A stretch of 63,995 bases of DNA, counting the filler, from Catajapyx aquilonaris (Eukaryota): the NCBI GenBank assembly GCA_000934665.2. It is 4 parts of 4 records of this genome, joined end to end, with 100 filler letters (N's around TTAATTAATTAA, not from the genome) between each part and the next. Parts side by side here need not be neighbours in the genome. Positions count along the whole stretch, not along the records: positions 1 to 15,987 come from JYFJ02007327.1; 3 more parts are not named here. One strand, 5' to 3'. Below are positions 1 through 12,796 of the stretch, in pieces (within the stretch, counting starts at the first letter, position 1; every line of letters begins with the position of its first letter). The translations under genes and the position numbers were made by a program. The notes under the pieces were generated by a model. It was not told the DNA's origin. It saw only the letters and a list, made by a program, of their open reading frames with translations, and did not search any database.

Positions 1-128
1 CATTTCCCCCTTTCCCCTTTCTCCCCTCTCCCCCCCTTTCCTCCCCTTTTATTCTCCCCACCTCAGTTGTCGTCAGTGCCCGTGTGGCGGCGCTGACTGC
101 ATCGCGTTGCGACAGAGACCCTTTACGA

Positions 129-136
129 TGACGTCA
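129..136. promoter_or_regulatory. CRE/ATF palindrome TGACGTCA upstream of IPO4
   Basis: Perfect 8-bp consensus ~180 bp upstream of the ATG in a GC-rich region. Function is untested. Confidence 0.3.
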
Positions 137-313
137 GGCCAACCCAGCCTAGCAGCGTATTTCTTATCACTACTTGGGCTCAACTGGCGCACGGGAATTT
201 AAGAAATACGCCCCCGGGCTTGCCCCTCCTGCCGCCCCCTGCGTAAAGACCCTCCCTTTCGGCCACACTCCCTTTCGGCCACACCATCCAACCTCCGAAC
301 CTCCTCAGCAAAG

Positions 314-1224
314 ATGGAGGACATTCTGAGGAAGCTCCTCGTGGCCGACAACGCCGTGATACAGCAGGTACCGTGGTACAAGTCATTTATTGTTCATACC
401 CGTCTCCTCCGATGCACGCGCCTTGTCAGTACGCCCTGTTGGTGCCTGCCCTGTTCCATCAGGAGGAAGATCGAGCTCCACCTGATTTCACCCCTTGCAA
501 TGTATCCGGTGGAATGTGGAGGGAGGGGTGGGAGGGATGGGTGGGGTGAACAACATTCCACCAGTTGCCACCATCTTGTTTCACAGACATGTGGTAATAA
601 ACGATGATCCATTGCAGGCAACCCAGGAGCTGCGTGAGGCATTCAAGAACCAGGACTCGATCAAGGCCCTTTGTGTGGTGCTGGCCACCTGTAAAGAAGC
701 AGCAATAAGGAAGTACGCCGTGGTCCTGCTCAGGAGGAGGTTCTCCAAGGCTAAACACTGGAACAAGCTCCCCTCGGAGCTAAGAGCTGGGTTGGTTGCC
801 TTCCAACTGTACTGCCTTTGGATTACGCTGGCTTTGACTAATTTTCTCTTCTTCACCTGCCAGGATCAAGCAGGGGACTTTGCAGACCCTCTTCAATGAG
901 CCAGAACGTTTTGTTCGCAACTCCATCTGCCAGTTTGTGGGGACTCTGGCCAAGCATGAGCTCGCCACTGAACATGGCTGGCCCGAGATGCTGCACTACC
1001 TGCAGCAGGCTGTCCTTAGCCAGAACCCACCAGAGAGAGAGGTACAATGCCTACCAATTAAATTGCAGTGTACAGAACAATAATTATGCATGCCATGTTA
1101 TTGATGAACATAACGCAAAACAATGTTACACGCAGAATTTTGAAATGGTGTCAGCTTTTATAATTATGCAGGAAACATGCCACTGAAATTTAGCTTTGGA
1201 AAGGAATAGCAGTTTCAAAATGCT

Positions 1225-1289
<65 letters not shown>

Positions 1290-4200
1290 CGGGTTAGTGC
1301 ACCGCCCTAATTGGGCATCTGGCACGGTACCTTTATTTGCTTAAGATGTACAAGCTTTTACAAGTGGTCCTTTTCCGTAACGCCCGGGTACCGCGAGCGA
1401 AGGGGGAATGAATAGGAGGGGATGTGCAAAGTGCAAGTGCAATGTCGTTGCGTGGTCATTTTGTGAACTCCCCCGGGTGGCTTAGTTTGTCGGAAATTGC
1501 CACCCGAAATGAAGCCAGAGATGGCCCAACTCTGCACGGATAAAGGTGGGAACCCCGGGTGGGGATTGAACTCCGGACCTTAATATCCGTGGGCGCGCGC
1601 GTTACCGCGACGCCACTTCATCTCCCTTACAAAATGCTGTAATCTGTTATTTTAAATATCTTTTGGAGTCGACCGTATGTGGCCTAAAGGGGAACTTGTC
1701 ATTTCTTTCAGATGGGAATGAACATGCTGAGCGTAGTGTCTGAAGTTGCTGTTCAGCACCTCCTTCCTTATGTGGCAACTTTTGCCACCTTGTTTGGCAA
1801 TACCCTGCAGGAGACCCAGACCGACACAGCCTACTACACTGTCCTTACCATGCTCAACTTCATTACCTACATTGGAACAGATCATGTGGTGAGTGGTGTC
1901 TGCAACCAGTGCACAGTGTGTCCAAAGGCGTTAATGCGTGGACAAAAATGGCTACCATTCCGCTGGGATTTGTCATGATGGTCACGATATTCCTCGGATT
2001 CTCAAGATGAAAAGTTGTGAATTTCACAAGTTTCTCTTTGAATGACACATCAAACGAACAACTAGACTCCCCTGTTATAGATTCACTTAGTTTTAAGTGC
2101 ACATAATTGCAATGCACAATAGCATGACAAATGCCGCCTCCTCTTCGGGAAAAATGTGGCATTATGTGGTATTGAAACAAAGTGAGTCTATAACTAGGGA
2201 GTGTAGTTTTTCATTTAATGTGTGATAAGAAGTGAAATATTGTGAAATCCGTTACTTTTGGTCTTTGAAATCAAATCAATGAATGACAAATACGCTTGAT
2301 GGAGGCCTCAACAAAGGAGCGCCTGGCACCGTCATTTCAAGGTCACATTCAAATTGCTACGTGAGAGTACGTAGTACTTAGCCAGAGGTATTTTATGCAC
2401 AGCTTAAAATCCAGATGAGCCTGAATTTGGAAATGCGGTGACCTTTCTTCCATGACCATTCGAAGCCGACTGAATAGACATAAAAAGGTGGCCGGCTAAC
2501 ACTCGACTTGGGTACTTGCCTGGCATAAAACTCATCTCAATTGAAGCTACCAAAGGTTTTTTAAAAAATTGTTCAGACATTAATTTCTTACATTAGGGCA
2601 GATTTGACACGACTCTGCCAACATGGTTTTACCATTTTCGTCCAAGTGTTCTAGCGTTTGAACACACTGCAGTGTTACAATTTGTCTTATGAAAAAAGTA
2701 CATCATTACATCTGTTTTTAAAAAATTATACAAATTAATATTTCTAGAAGTACAGTTTGTACCATTATGTGTTAGTAAAAAAAATGTAATGAAAATTAGA
2801 GCCTCGTAGATATAATTCTTCAAAGGCCTGTTGCATCTATGTGATGATCACTTCAATTTATTTTTTCCATACAATTTTCATTAAAATAAATGGCAGCTCT
2901 ATAAGATTAGGTGGTCCATTTGCTCATTTTTTTCCTAATTTTGCTCCTTCTAGAAAGTGTTCCAGCCCTTAATCCCAATGGCGATAATTGCAATTCGTCA
3001 CCTGCTGACAACAGACGAGGAGAAAGCAGGACGGGCCATGGAAATATTTGGGGAGCTAGTTGATTCAGAAGTGGCTGCAATACTTCCCCACCTGCTTCCC
3101 ACGCTGGAATTGACGTTGGAAGTGGCTGGTAGTTCTCATCTGGGCACTGGACTGAGGGTCAGGGCCATGGAGGTCTTATGCTCCCTCACCCGTCATAAGA
3201 GAAAAGCCGTCGTCAAGCTTGGTGTTGTGGGCACCATATTGGATGTGCTATTTCCAATTATGTGCTCACCAACGGATGATGATGATGGTGACTCACGGAT
3301 GGGTGGAGGAAATGAGGACTCATGCACCCTTCGTCATTCGGCAGCACAAACTTTGGATATACTTGCCCTCAATCTGCCACCAGATCAGCTTATTCCGCCA
3401 CTGGTATGTATAACTTTGTAGCAGTATGAAAGCAAGCCTAAGTTTGTAACCTGGTGCCATCTCCTGCTCATTTCCACAGCTGCTGCATGTGGAACCTGCC
3501 TTGAAGAGTGAGAACCCATTGGAGCGCAAAGCTGGATACGCCTCTCTTGCTGTTGTGGCTGCAGGGTGCAGCGAGTACATCAGGACACGATATCTTCAAT
3601 CGTTCCTCCAGTGTGTGTGCACAGGAATCCGTGATCCCCAACGATTGGTGCGAAACTCGGCCCTCTTTGCTCTGGGACAGTTTGCAGGATTTCTTCAGCC
3701 TGAGTTCACTCAGTTTTCTGCTGAGCTACTCCCTCTTCTTTTGGAATATCTTGCCCAACTGTGTGAGCAGGTAGGACTTTCAAGGGGTGTAAAGGGCTGA
3801 TCAGCCAGTGCGGCTCTACAGCCAGGACTGGACTCATCTGTTTACTGACAGCCCAGCAATAAACCAGTTTAACATGCAATATGTTCTCTGTACTCAGGTG
3901 GAGCGTGGGAGTGGGAAGGAGCCATCTAGTGCTAACCGGATCTTCTTTGCATTGGAGAGGTTTTGCGAGTACCTGGAAGACGGCCTCCTTTCCTACCTTC
4001 CTGCCCTCATGGATAGGCTGTTTGCCATGCAGGGACCAAAGTACTCTGTGAAAGTTAAGGAACTGACCATGGCCACCATGGGGGCAGCAGCTGGAGCAGT
4101 CAAGGAAGCCATCATGCCCTATTTTCCAAGGATCATGGAGCAGCTCAAGGTTTACCTCACCCAGCCACAGGAGGAGGAGACCATGTGCCTTCAAGTGCAG

Positions 4201-6876
4201 GCTTTGGGTTAGAGAAATTCCAGAATTATTCAGATGACTTCACTTGACCTATACTGGAAGTCGACTGAGGACTGGTTTTACGGGTGCAAATTGGAAGAAA
4301 ATCTCCAATCATTCTGGATGCTGTATTGTGAATAGCTGTACATCACTGGAGATTCTTTCATCAGTTGCTTTCATATAACCAGCCCTTAGTGACTGCCAGT
4401 TTTAAATGCTTTTAAGGTGTCTTCTACAAGTCTTCTCTTTATTCTGCAGGCACGTTAGGTGTCCTGGCACGCTCAGTGGGTCAGAGCAACTTTGCTCCTC
4501 TGGCTGCAGAGTGCATCGTCCTAGGTTTGAATCTTATTGACAACAAGGACGACCCAGACCTGCGTAAAAGTGTGTACGGGCTGTTTGCCTCAGTGGCCAC
4601 AATCCTGCAAGAAGGGATGTCTCCATTCCTACCCAGTATTGTGACTGTGGTTATGGGGGCAGTGAAGAGTACTGATGGGGTTGTGATGCATTACAATCGT
4701 GAAGATAATGAGGGTGCTGCTGGCTTTTCCCTGACTGGTGACCTGAGTGACGAGGAAGAAGAGGACATGAAGGAGTCCGAAAATGGAGATGAAGAGGAAG
4801 AGGAGGATGTGACTGGGATTTGCATTAAGAATTCATATGTACAGGAGAAAATAGAGGCGTGCCTGGTCCTGAAGGAGTTGGCCTCTCATTCTGGACCTGC
4901 CTTCTGGCAATACCTTCCTGCAAGTTTCCAGGTATATTGGAAGTACAGAACCAGCTGTTGTGAGTAAAGCATTGTACTAATGATGTCATGCTTGTGCAGG
5001 AGCTGTTGAAGCTAGTGAACTATCCTCAGTATTGTGTTCGAAAAGCCTCCATTGAAGCCTTGGCCCAGGTGCTGGTGAGCACCCATCAAGTTGGGACACC
5101 TGAAGCTCTGGGAATTCTGGGCACACAGCTAGCTATATTTGTACCCAAGATGGCTGAGGTAGTGCACGTTGACCAGGAGAGGTTTGTGGTCATGGCTGCG
5201 CTTGACGCTTATGCAGAGGTGCTCAAGGGTGCTGGTAGGAAGGTGTTGGTTGGGGAGGGGCATCTTCCAACCATTATCAGCTGTGTTAAGGATGTCCTGA
5301 GGAACAAGGTGGGTTTTCTGAGAACCACTTGATTGAGTGCAACCAGTGCAAATTAAGGACTTATCATGTAATGTTTCACATGAAGGCAGCATTTACAGTA
5401 TCTTAATATGTGAATATTAAATCTAGGTTGTATTACATAAGATAAATATTCTCTGTAATGCAATTTCTGTACCTTTTAGAACTGTTTGATTTGTGGTTAT
5501 TGCAGACTGAGTGCCAGGATTTGGCTGAAGATCAGGATGGCGATTTAGATGAGGAGCAGGCTGAGCATGACGAGATACTAATGCAGTGTGCAGGCGAGAT
5601 TGTGCCACCTTTGGGAAAGGCCATGGGGAGGGAACAGTTTGCACTGTGCTTCTCAGAATTGCTGCCTATATTTGTGGCCAAGACGGTCAGTCTTACTCTC
5701 GATACCTCTGATCAACTCATTTTTGTGTGCTTGAGAATATTTAATTTCTTCCCCCCCTTCAAAACAGAAAAAGGAGTGCTCCAATTCGGACAAGTTCTTC
5801 AGCGTGGGAGTCCTTGCAGAGTCTCTGGAACCATTGGGCCCTGCGATTGCCAATTTTACGGACAGCTTTCTGCCAGTCTTTTACAATGCCACTTTGGATG
5901 AGGATGTGGATGTCCGAATCATGGGTGTCTGGGGTATTGGAGAGCTAGTCTCTCATGGGAAGGAGGCAATCTACTCGTATCCTTTGACGCATGCAAAAAC
6001 ATTATTGAGGTTGCCCCTATTCCTAGTATTGATGACCATCACAAGCAGCTCACCAAAGTCACATCGTTATAGGTGTTGTGAGGGTTTATAAATTTTTTGC
6101 ACTTCCCAACCTTCTTACCTTGATGTAGATAACTGGAATTATACAATCCTTAACTGATGTGCTAAAAGAGAGTACAGCAACATCCTGGAGTTGTTAGGAA
6201 GGTGCCTGCATGAGGAGAAAGCACGACGAATGATTGACAGTTTATGCGGGGCTGTAGCTAAGGTACTTTTGAGCAACTCATATCTGGTCCCTGTGGATCA
6301 GGTGCTTCCTGTACTCCTCGAAAATTTGCCACTGAAGGATGACTTTGGTGAGAACAAGGCCGTGTTCTTCTGCCTTTCCTACCTGTATGATCTGGGACAC
6401 CCCACACTCCGAGAGCACCTCAAGGATGTCCTCATTGCAGCAGCCGTTGCTCTTACTAAGCAGAATCCTCAAGATGGTGAGTTATGATGTACACATTGCA
6501 GCATTGCAGGAAAGCAAGTTCCTACAAGCATAGTTAATCAGGCAGTGGCTGTTGTAAGCTGATAAGGCCACCTGGGATATGTGGTGGGAAAATGTCCCAT
6601 GCTGACATCACAGACCTGAATGGAATAACCCCCATTTGACTCTGTGCTTTAAATGTTGTTTGGTTGACTGTTTACCAAAGAGGGATGCTGGGTTGGGGGA
6701 ATGAGGGTACAGTATATGTACCCTTGTAGTCATGAGTATTCCTTTCCATTTCAGAAACTCTTCAGATGATTGAGAGTCTGCTGAAGAACTCAGCCAAAGA
6801 CTTTCCAGAGGAGTTCCAAAACTTTTTGAATAGCCTCCCAGTAGAGATGGTGGATAAAGTGAAGCACCATCTGTGA
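314..6876 (+). CDS. IPO4: Importin-4 (importin-beta family HEAT-repeat karyopherin), 13 exons, ~1080 aa
   Basis: Exons 314-367, 618-790, 864-1041, 1712-1888, 2954-3403, 3480-3770, 3898-4207, 4450-4931, 5000-5308, 5506-5685, 5768-5976, 6169-6476, 6755-6876. All introns are GT-AG and the frame is continuous (3243 nt). The N-terminus MEDILRKLLVADNAVIQQATQELREAF..AVVLLRRR, motifs VRNSALFALGQF and DDPDLRKSVYGLFAS, and an acidic loop are typical of IPO4. Confidence 0.93.
1230..1629 (-). mobile_element. tRNA-derived SINE (family A) in IPO4 intron 3
   Basis: Minus strand has A-box-like TGGCGTCGCGG, B-box-like GAGTTCAATCC and an (ATT)n tail. 14-bp TSD CAAAATGCTGTAAT at 1216-1229 and 1630-1643. Confidence 0.85.
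5977..6168 (+). other. U12-type (minor spliceosome) GT-AG intron, IPO4 intron 11
   Basis: 5' splice site GTATCCTTT, branch site TCCTTAAC at 6147-6154 ~14 nt from the AG, and no polypyrimidine tract. Splicing preserves the frame. Confidence 0.88.
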
Positions 6877-7217
6877 GATTTTCCTATCGTGAAGTGCACC
6901 TATGGGCCTGGTATCTGATGTGACGCTTCATCTGGCCTGTTGCGTCTGAGTCGGAATCTGGCACCTCCCTGGTAGCTTCGCCTCTGGTCAGTTGCTCTAA
7001 ATTCTAAAATGACACAAGTATCTACTGTAAGGTTCATACCTTACCTTATCCTGTCATCATACTTCCCTCCCTTTTTGCAGTGAACCCTCCTTCCATATGT
7101 TTGGGTTCATTTCCCATGATCCTTAGCTCAATCCACCATATTAAAATGGAAAAGTGTTCAACAACTGCGGGAGACGGCAAGACATTTTGGCTTGGGCCAG
7201 GTCACTACCTCTTATTC

Positions 7218-7512
7218 CTGCCGGGGCGTTTTGCATGAGGTGCTCACTTAAGAGCGCTATGAGAGCGCCTTTCACGGAGCTACATTATGTGATGGCGACC
7301 CTACCGGACCGCGCTGAACTTAGGTAGAAGGGAAGCCGCTACATGCGGACCCAACATGCCGCATGCAACCGTGTTGGGTCCCCAAATGTAGCACTTCCCT
7401 TTTGTACCTATAAAGTTCAGCGCGGTCCGGTAGGGTTGCTACATAATGTCGCAGTGAAAGGCGGTCTCATGGCGCTCTCAAGTGAGCACCTCATGCAAAA
7501 CGCCCCGTCAGG
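7218..7512. mobile_element. Palindromic MITE (related copy at 44460-44726)
   Basis: ~125-bp imperfect inverted arms CCTGCCGGGGCGTTTTGCATGAGGTGCTCAC... and ...GTGAGCACCTCATGCAAAACGCCCCGTCAGG. Confidence 0.75.
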
Positions 7513-9468
7513 CGACAAGATAAGATTATAGGGATAGTGTCCGGGAGTTGGGCCAGACGCTGACCCGAGGTAACGCTGACCCGAGGAGAGGGGCCAAGTT
7601 TCCTACGTTGATACATCACGACCAGATGAAGCGGTACAATTGCACTCCTGGCCCATCTGAAAGGCTGTGAAGGACGTACGCCCTGTGTCTCTACGAGCAG
7701 AAGTGCGAGACTCCTTTGCCAAATTAAATTGTTATTTGCATAGGCTATCGGGATCGAGAAATTATATGGGCATTTTTGCGGTAATGAACCAAGGTTCGGA
7801 CGATTTTTTTCAACTTTCATTGTGATTTTTCATGCTTGTGGTAAACCTTTGGGGATACTTTTTTTTTCTATTGAGTTCCAGGTACAGAGGGCTGAATTTT
7901 GCCACAAATCCGACACAAAATATATCATTCGATAGCGCCCGAGGAACGAGAACAAACACGGTAACGAACCAAAGTTTCGAGGACACGCATTTCTGCACCG
8001 GGTTACATTGTGTAATAACTCTGCGAATTCTGAGTGGTTTTGATGGCAGTATAGAGATGCTCTAGAGAAGAAAAGTGCGAGGAATCCATTGGTCACCTTG
8101 CCGTACCAGTATCTTCTTTTCTTTGCATCGTAGCGCAACAAAACTCTCGGTAACGAACCAAGAAAAAAAGTAACGAACCAAGGCGTGCGATTTTCCACCG
8201 TTCAGAACCTTTTCAGGGGTAGTATTTGTGAGCTGTTTTACCACTTCAGGGCGTACATAATTAAAACGAGACACATCATGACACTGACCAGTCATCAGAG
8301 GATTCTCGTGTATTGGTCGATTGAGATGGCTGGGTCGTATGACCTGGTCATCGCTGACTATACCTCATCATGGGACTGTGCCGTGATTATTGTGTATACG
8401 TATGTTGGATGTAACCCAACATGAAAAGGGTGCGGCCTGCCTACACACCAGTTTTTGCGGACCAGACTGACACAGACACCCAGTTGCACAGTGGGGATGA
8501 ATTTTTCAAACACGGCCATATGTAGATTTTCCAACTTCGAAATATCTACATGATATTCGCATTACGATACTATTAGACATTGGAGTCATAAGAGACACAT
8601 TATTTCTTGGCACATAAGTGCCCATAAAGCCACGAAAACAGCGACTGAAGTAAGAGGAAATTCCGGGGAAATTAATTCGGTCATTATCGCCTGAGAGTGA
8701 TGATTTTGACAATGTTATTTGTATCGAGTTTCCTGGATGTAGCACAGCCATTTTAGCTGTACCACATTGTAATGCATATGCACATGACTGTATAAGGAAT
8801 TATAATGTGACCATCTATAAAAATTTACTAAGCCTATAAATGAAGGTATTTGAAAATGGGTCATTTCAGTCAATTTTCCAATAAATTCAGACCTGCAAAA
8901 ATTCAGATAAATGCAAAATTTTTGATTTAAGGCCTATAAAAAGCAGGAGGCTCTCATGACTGATAAGAACCAAAGACTAAAGCCGCCACCACCTGCCACC
9001 TTGACCGCTAGAGACAATTAACTTCCGGACCACCCATCTTGCAGTGGCATTGTAAATAGAGGCAACTATTTATAACATGAAGGATTCGTGAAAATTTGTT
9101 TTCAGCATCATAAATAAGAACCATTGAAGAGCTGCATCTCTCCCCCTTCCTCCCAATAAAATCGGCGGTAGCATCAGGGCATATCCGGATAACACATCAC
9201 GCCACTTTGATTTGTAACTTTTTAGATTGAATTTGAAATCAGAGCCCTCTAAAGCCGCCGTAAACTAATTTTGAAGCTAATACTGTATATCTGTCCAATT
9301 CTCTGCACATGCTGTCTGCCATATTGTACTCATCATATTTATTTCCCCCTGTCTCTCTACAGGGGGGACTTCACACTGTGATATCATATTTACATACTTA
9401 GAACCCTATTACATTTTATAACACGTCTTCTCCTCCACCCCCCACCAACTGTACATTTTACAAATTAT

Positions 9469-12400
9469 TCACATGTTCAGATGCCAATTAGCCACATATG
9501 CTAAAAAATAAAACAGATTTTTAATGATGTCTTTGGGGGGGTTATTAACCAATGGAACCAGACCACCACTCCTGGGGACCCGGGGGAAGTTTTGCAAGTA
9601 GGAATGTCTTCCTCCCGCGAACATTGGACATTCGTATATCATGTGATACCAATCGTCTAATAGGTTCGAATTGCACAGGGGACATATCTCTGACGGGTCT
9701 GTTTTCACGTATCGGTTTCCGCCTAGCGGGATCCAATTTGCACCGGTTCTTATACATGCCAGCATTCGGCTAAAAGAAATATCCATCTGTATTGTCATGT
9801 TGAATGCTGGAAAGTATCTATAGTTGTCGTACAACGGATCCTTGTCTTGGTTCAATTCTGATTGGTTTACTCTATTGCAGTCATTTACAACTTCATTATC
9901 CAACATAATTTGAGCCAAAATAGCATATTTCTGTGTCCAAGTTTGATCATCAAGTGACGTAAAGTTATTTAGTGAATGGCCATATGCTTCTAGACTGCTA
10001 TCTAGTTGTTTAATCCAATTGTATCTTTTAGGGGGGCTATTAGCCGACTTTAGATATATTAGCGCTTTGTTTGGTAGTCTATCAGGTTTCATGTTTTGAA
10101 ATCTACGTAAATATCGAAGGGCATGAAGGATTATTTTGATTTTCAGTGGTGGGCAGCCAGCTTCCAGGCGCAGTAGATAACCTGCTGTTCTAGTTCCCGT
10201 CGCTAATACGAGTTTCCTTATTGCGTAGGTTTGGATGATTTCAATTTCATTCAGGAGATTTAGGCCCCAGATGGGAATTGCATATAAGGCCGCTGAAAAA
10301 ATGGTTGAATCTATGAACTTTAAAGCTGACGTTAGAAGAGGCAATTTCGCTTGTTTAAGTATCGGCCAGGACACGTTCATTTTTGATTTCGCCTTGCATA
10401 TTTTTTCTTCTAGTTCCTTTAAGAATTGACCAGATGATGAAAAATTTACGCCTAAATATCGGTAACTGGAGACTATTTCAATTGGGATGTCATTTATCCT
10501 GAATTTATCCGTTGCTGGTAATTGGCCTCCTTTCCTAAATATTACAGCCTTAGTTTTCGTGAAATTTAATTTTAGTTCGTTCATCTCCAGGTACTCATAG
10601 GTATGTGATAGGAGTTTTTGCATGTAAAGACAATTATCTGACATCAGTACTAAATCGTCAGCGAACATCAAGGTTTTCAGTTCATACTTGTCTCCGGGTA
10701 GTTGGATGCCCCCGACTGAGTGATGGTTAAGCCATAAGCTAAAGTCATGGAGATATAGCGAGAAAAGTATCGGCGAAAGAGGATCCCCTTGAAGGACGCC
10801 CTTTCCAAGCTGCACCTTTAGTATTTTTTTTCCCTCCTACCACGTGGTGAATTTTAGCTTTTTGATAAAAATCTATGAGCACTGCCAAGTACCGCCCTGA
10901 AAGGCCTAATTTTTCTAACTTGTTCCAAAGTTTTGAACGAGGGACTGAATCGAAAGCCTGCGTTAAGTCCAAAAATATCGTGTACGCTTTACCCTTAATC
11001 CTATTTAGTCTAGAATGAATTGCCGTCATTAAGGTGAATATGTGATCCTGGGTACAGTATCCCGGTCGGAAAGCCGCCTGTTCTTCAGGAATTAACTCAG
11101 TAAAATTCGGGAGGGCGTAAATCCTTTTAGCTAATACTCTCGAAAGAAGCTTTGTCAGGGTGCAGATAAGACTAATAGGTTGGTAGTTAACTGGGTCTTC
11201 CGCGTCCCCCTTTTTGTATATGGGCACTACCACTATATTGGCCCAATCCTCAGGGATCGATCCAGTTTTGATGACGTCATTTAACGAATCTAGAAGTAAT
11301 TTTTTAAATTTTGGTCCGGCTTTCTTTAGGAAAAAATTTGATATTCTGTCAAAGCCCGGTGCCGACTTTGAGCGGAGGTTCTTTAATGCACGGTCTAACT
11401 CCACCTGTGTGATTAGTTTATTTAATGGATCCTCTCCAAAGAGATTTTGCCATGGTCCCATGTAGGTGACTTCCAGTGATGGTGCAAATAGATCCGTAAA
11501 GTATGCGTGCCATGCCTCATCTCCAATGGACAGAGCTGGAGAGGCCTGGCGCTTCCTAAATCTGTTTATATGCTCCCAGAAGAAGCTAGTGTTTTTTGGA
11601 TTAGCCAGTTTTTTAAGGCATCCTTTATGATATTCACTTTTTTTCTTGACTTTGGCTTCCTTCAGGGCATTTTTTGCCGTGTAATATTTTTTCCTATTCT
11701 CGGGGTTGGAATCCTCCTTTAGCCTTTTAAAGTTTAAACTGCAATTCTTTTTTAGGTCTTTTATGTTCTCATCCTCCCATGGAGGTTTTTGTCGGTTTTG
11801 AAGGCTCGTTAGCTGACACTTGGTTCTGATAAGCTCCGTTTTTATTAAATATTCCTGAATAAATTGTTGTAATGGTTGGGTACTATGCTCTTTATCTTTA
11901 GAATTTAGGTTCGCGATCTGTTCTTCAAGTCCTGGTACCCAGTCTTCACAGTTATAAAGTTTTTGTGTTGCCACATAGGTCTGGTATTCGGGATTATCCG
12001 GAATCCTTTGATTTGATCCGCCACAGGGTATATTTAGCGTGGTTACTATTGGGAAATGGTCTGAAAGGTGAAATGATTCTACTTTAAAATTGGCTACTTG
12101 CCGCAGCATCGTATGAGAGACCAGGGCAAGGTCAACCGTACTTTGTCCCTGAACTGAAAAGTAGGTATAACTCCCTTCCGGGTCCCCAGGGGTGGTTCCG
12201 TTCAGGATCGAGATCGGGAGGTCTTCTACCTTTTCTATTAGCATGTGGCCTCGCCTATTTATTCTCTCATCTTTTGCAATGCGGTTAATGTCTGAAGGTA
12301 TATTTAGAGCACAGTTAGCTATTCTCGCATTGTAGTCTCCCATGATTAATAGAGGTTGATTTTGGAGGTCTTTAAGTTCGACATTTTTGAATAGGACATG

Positions 12401-12739
12401 GATCAGCTGATCATATTCTTGGGCTGGGGGGAAGTACACTACTGCTAAATACCATTTGAATTTCCTGTCTTCGATTTCTTGTATAATAAAATATGGCTCA
12501 CTTTTTATTAGACGTGTTTTCAAAGTCGGGTGGCAGAAGATTACTAATCCCCCCGAAGGTCGTCCTGTTGGGTACCTACGTACCGCTTGACATGAATAGA
12601 TCTTGTTGTTCTTCCAAATGTCTATTTTTGGGTCCTTTTCTAACCACGTTTCCACTACTGCAAACACTCTCAGATTGACAGAGATTTTTATCTCCGATAT
12701 TAAGTCTGATAGTTTGGCCCCGTTACCATTCCACACCAT
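9469..12739 (-). pseudogene. LINE ORF2 (APE endonuclease + reverse transcriptase + CCHC knuckle) with one +1-nt frameshift
   Basis: APE motifs VWN, VETW, GDYNA, DLAL, SDHFP. RT motifs APGFD, YQPISL, DLTQAFDSV, GVLQGDPLSP, FADD, YLG. C-terminal CPLC..H...C. The two ORF-track segments join if the A8 run (10824-10831) is A7. Confidence 0.9.
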
Positions 12740-12796
12740 GCACTCACTTGTAACAGAGGATAAATGTCCTTTTGCGCGTATTGGTATCTCACAAGG

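Noticed and set aside
10820..10836. Programmed frameshift at G GGA AAA in LINE ORF2
   Set aside because: Restoring the frame needs +1 (or -2), not the canonical -1. A homopolymer indel or assembly error is simpler.
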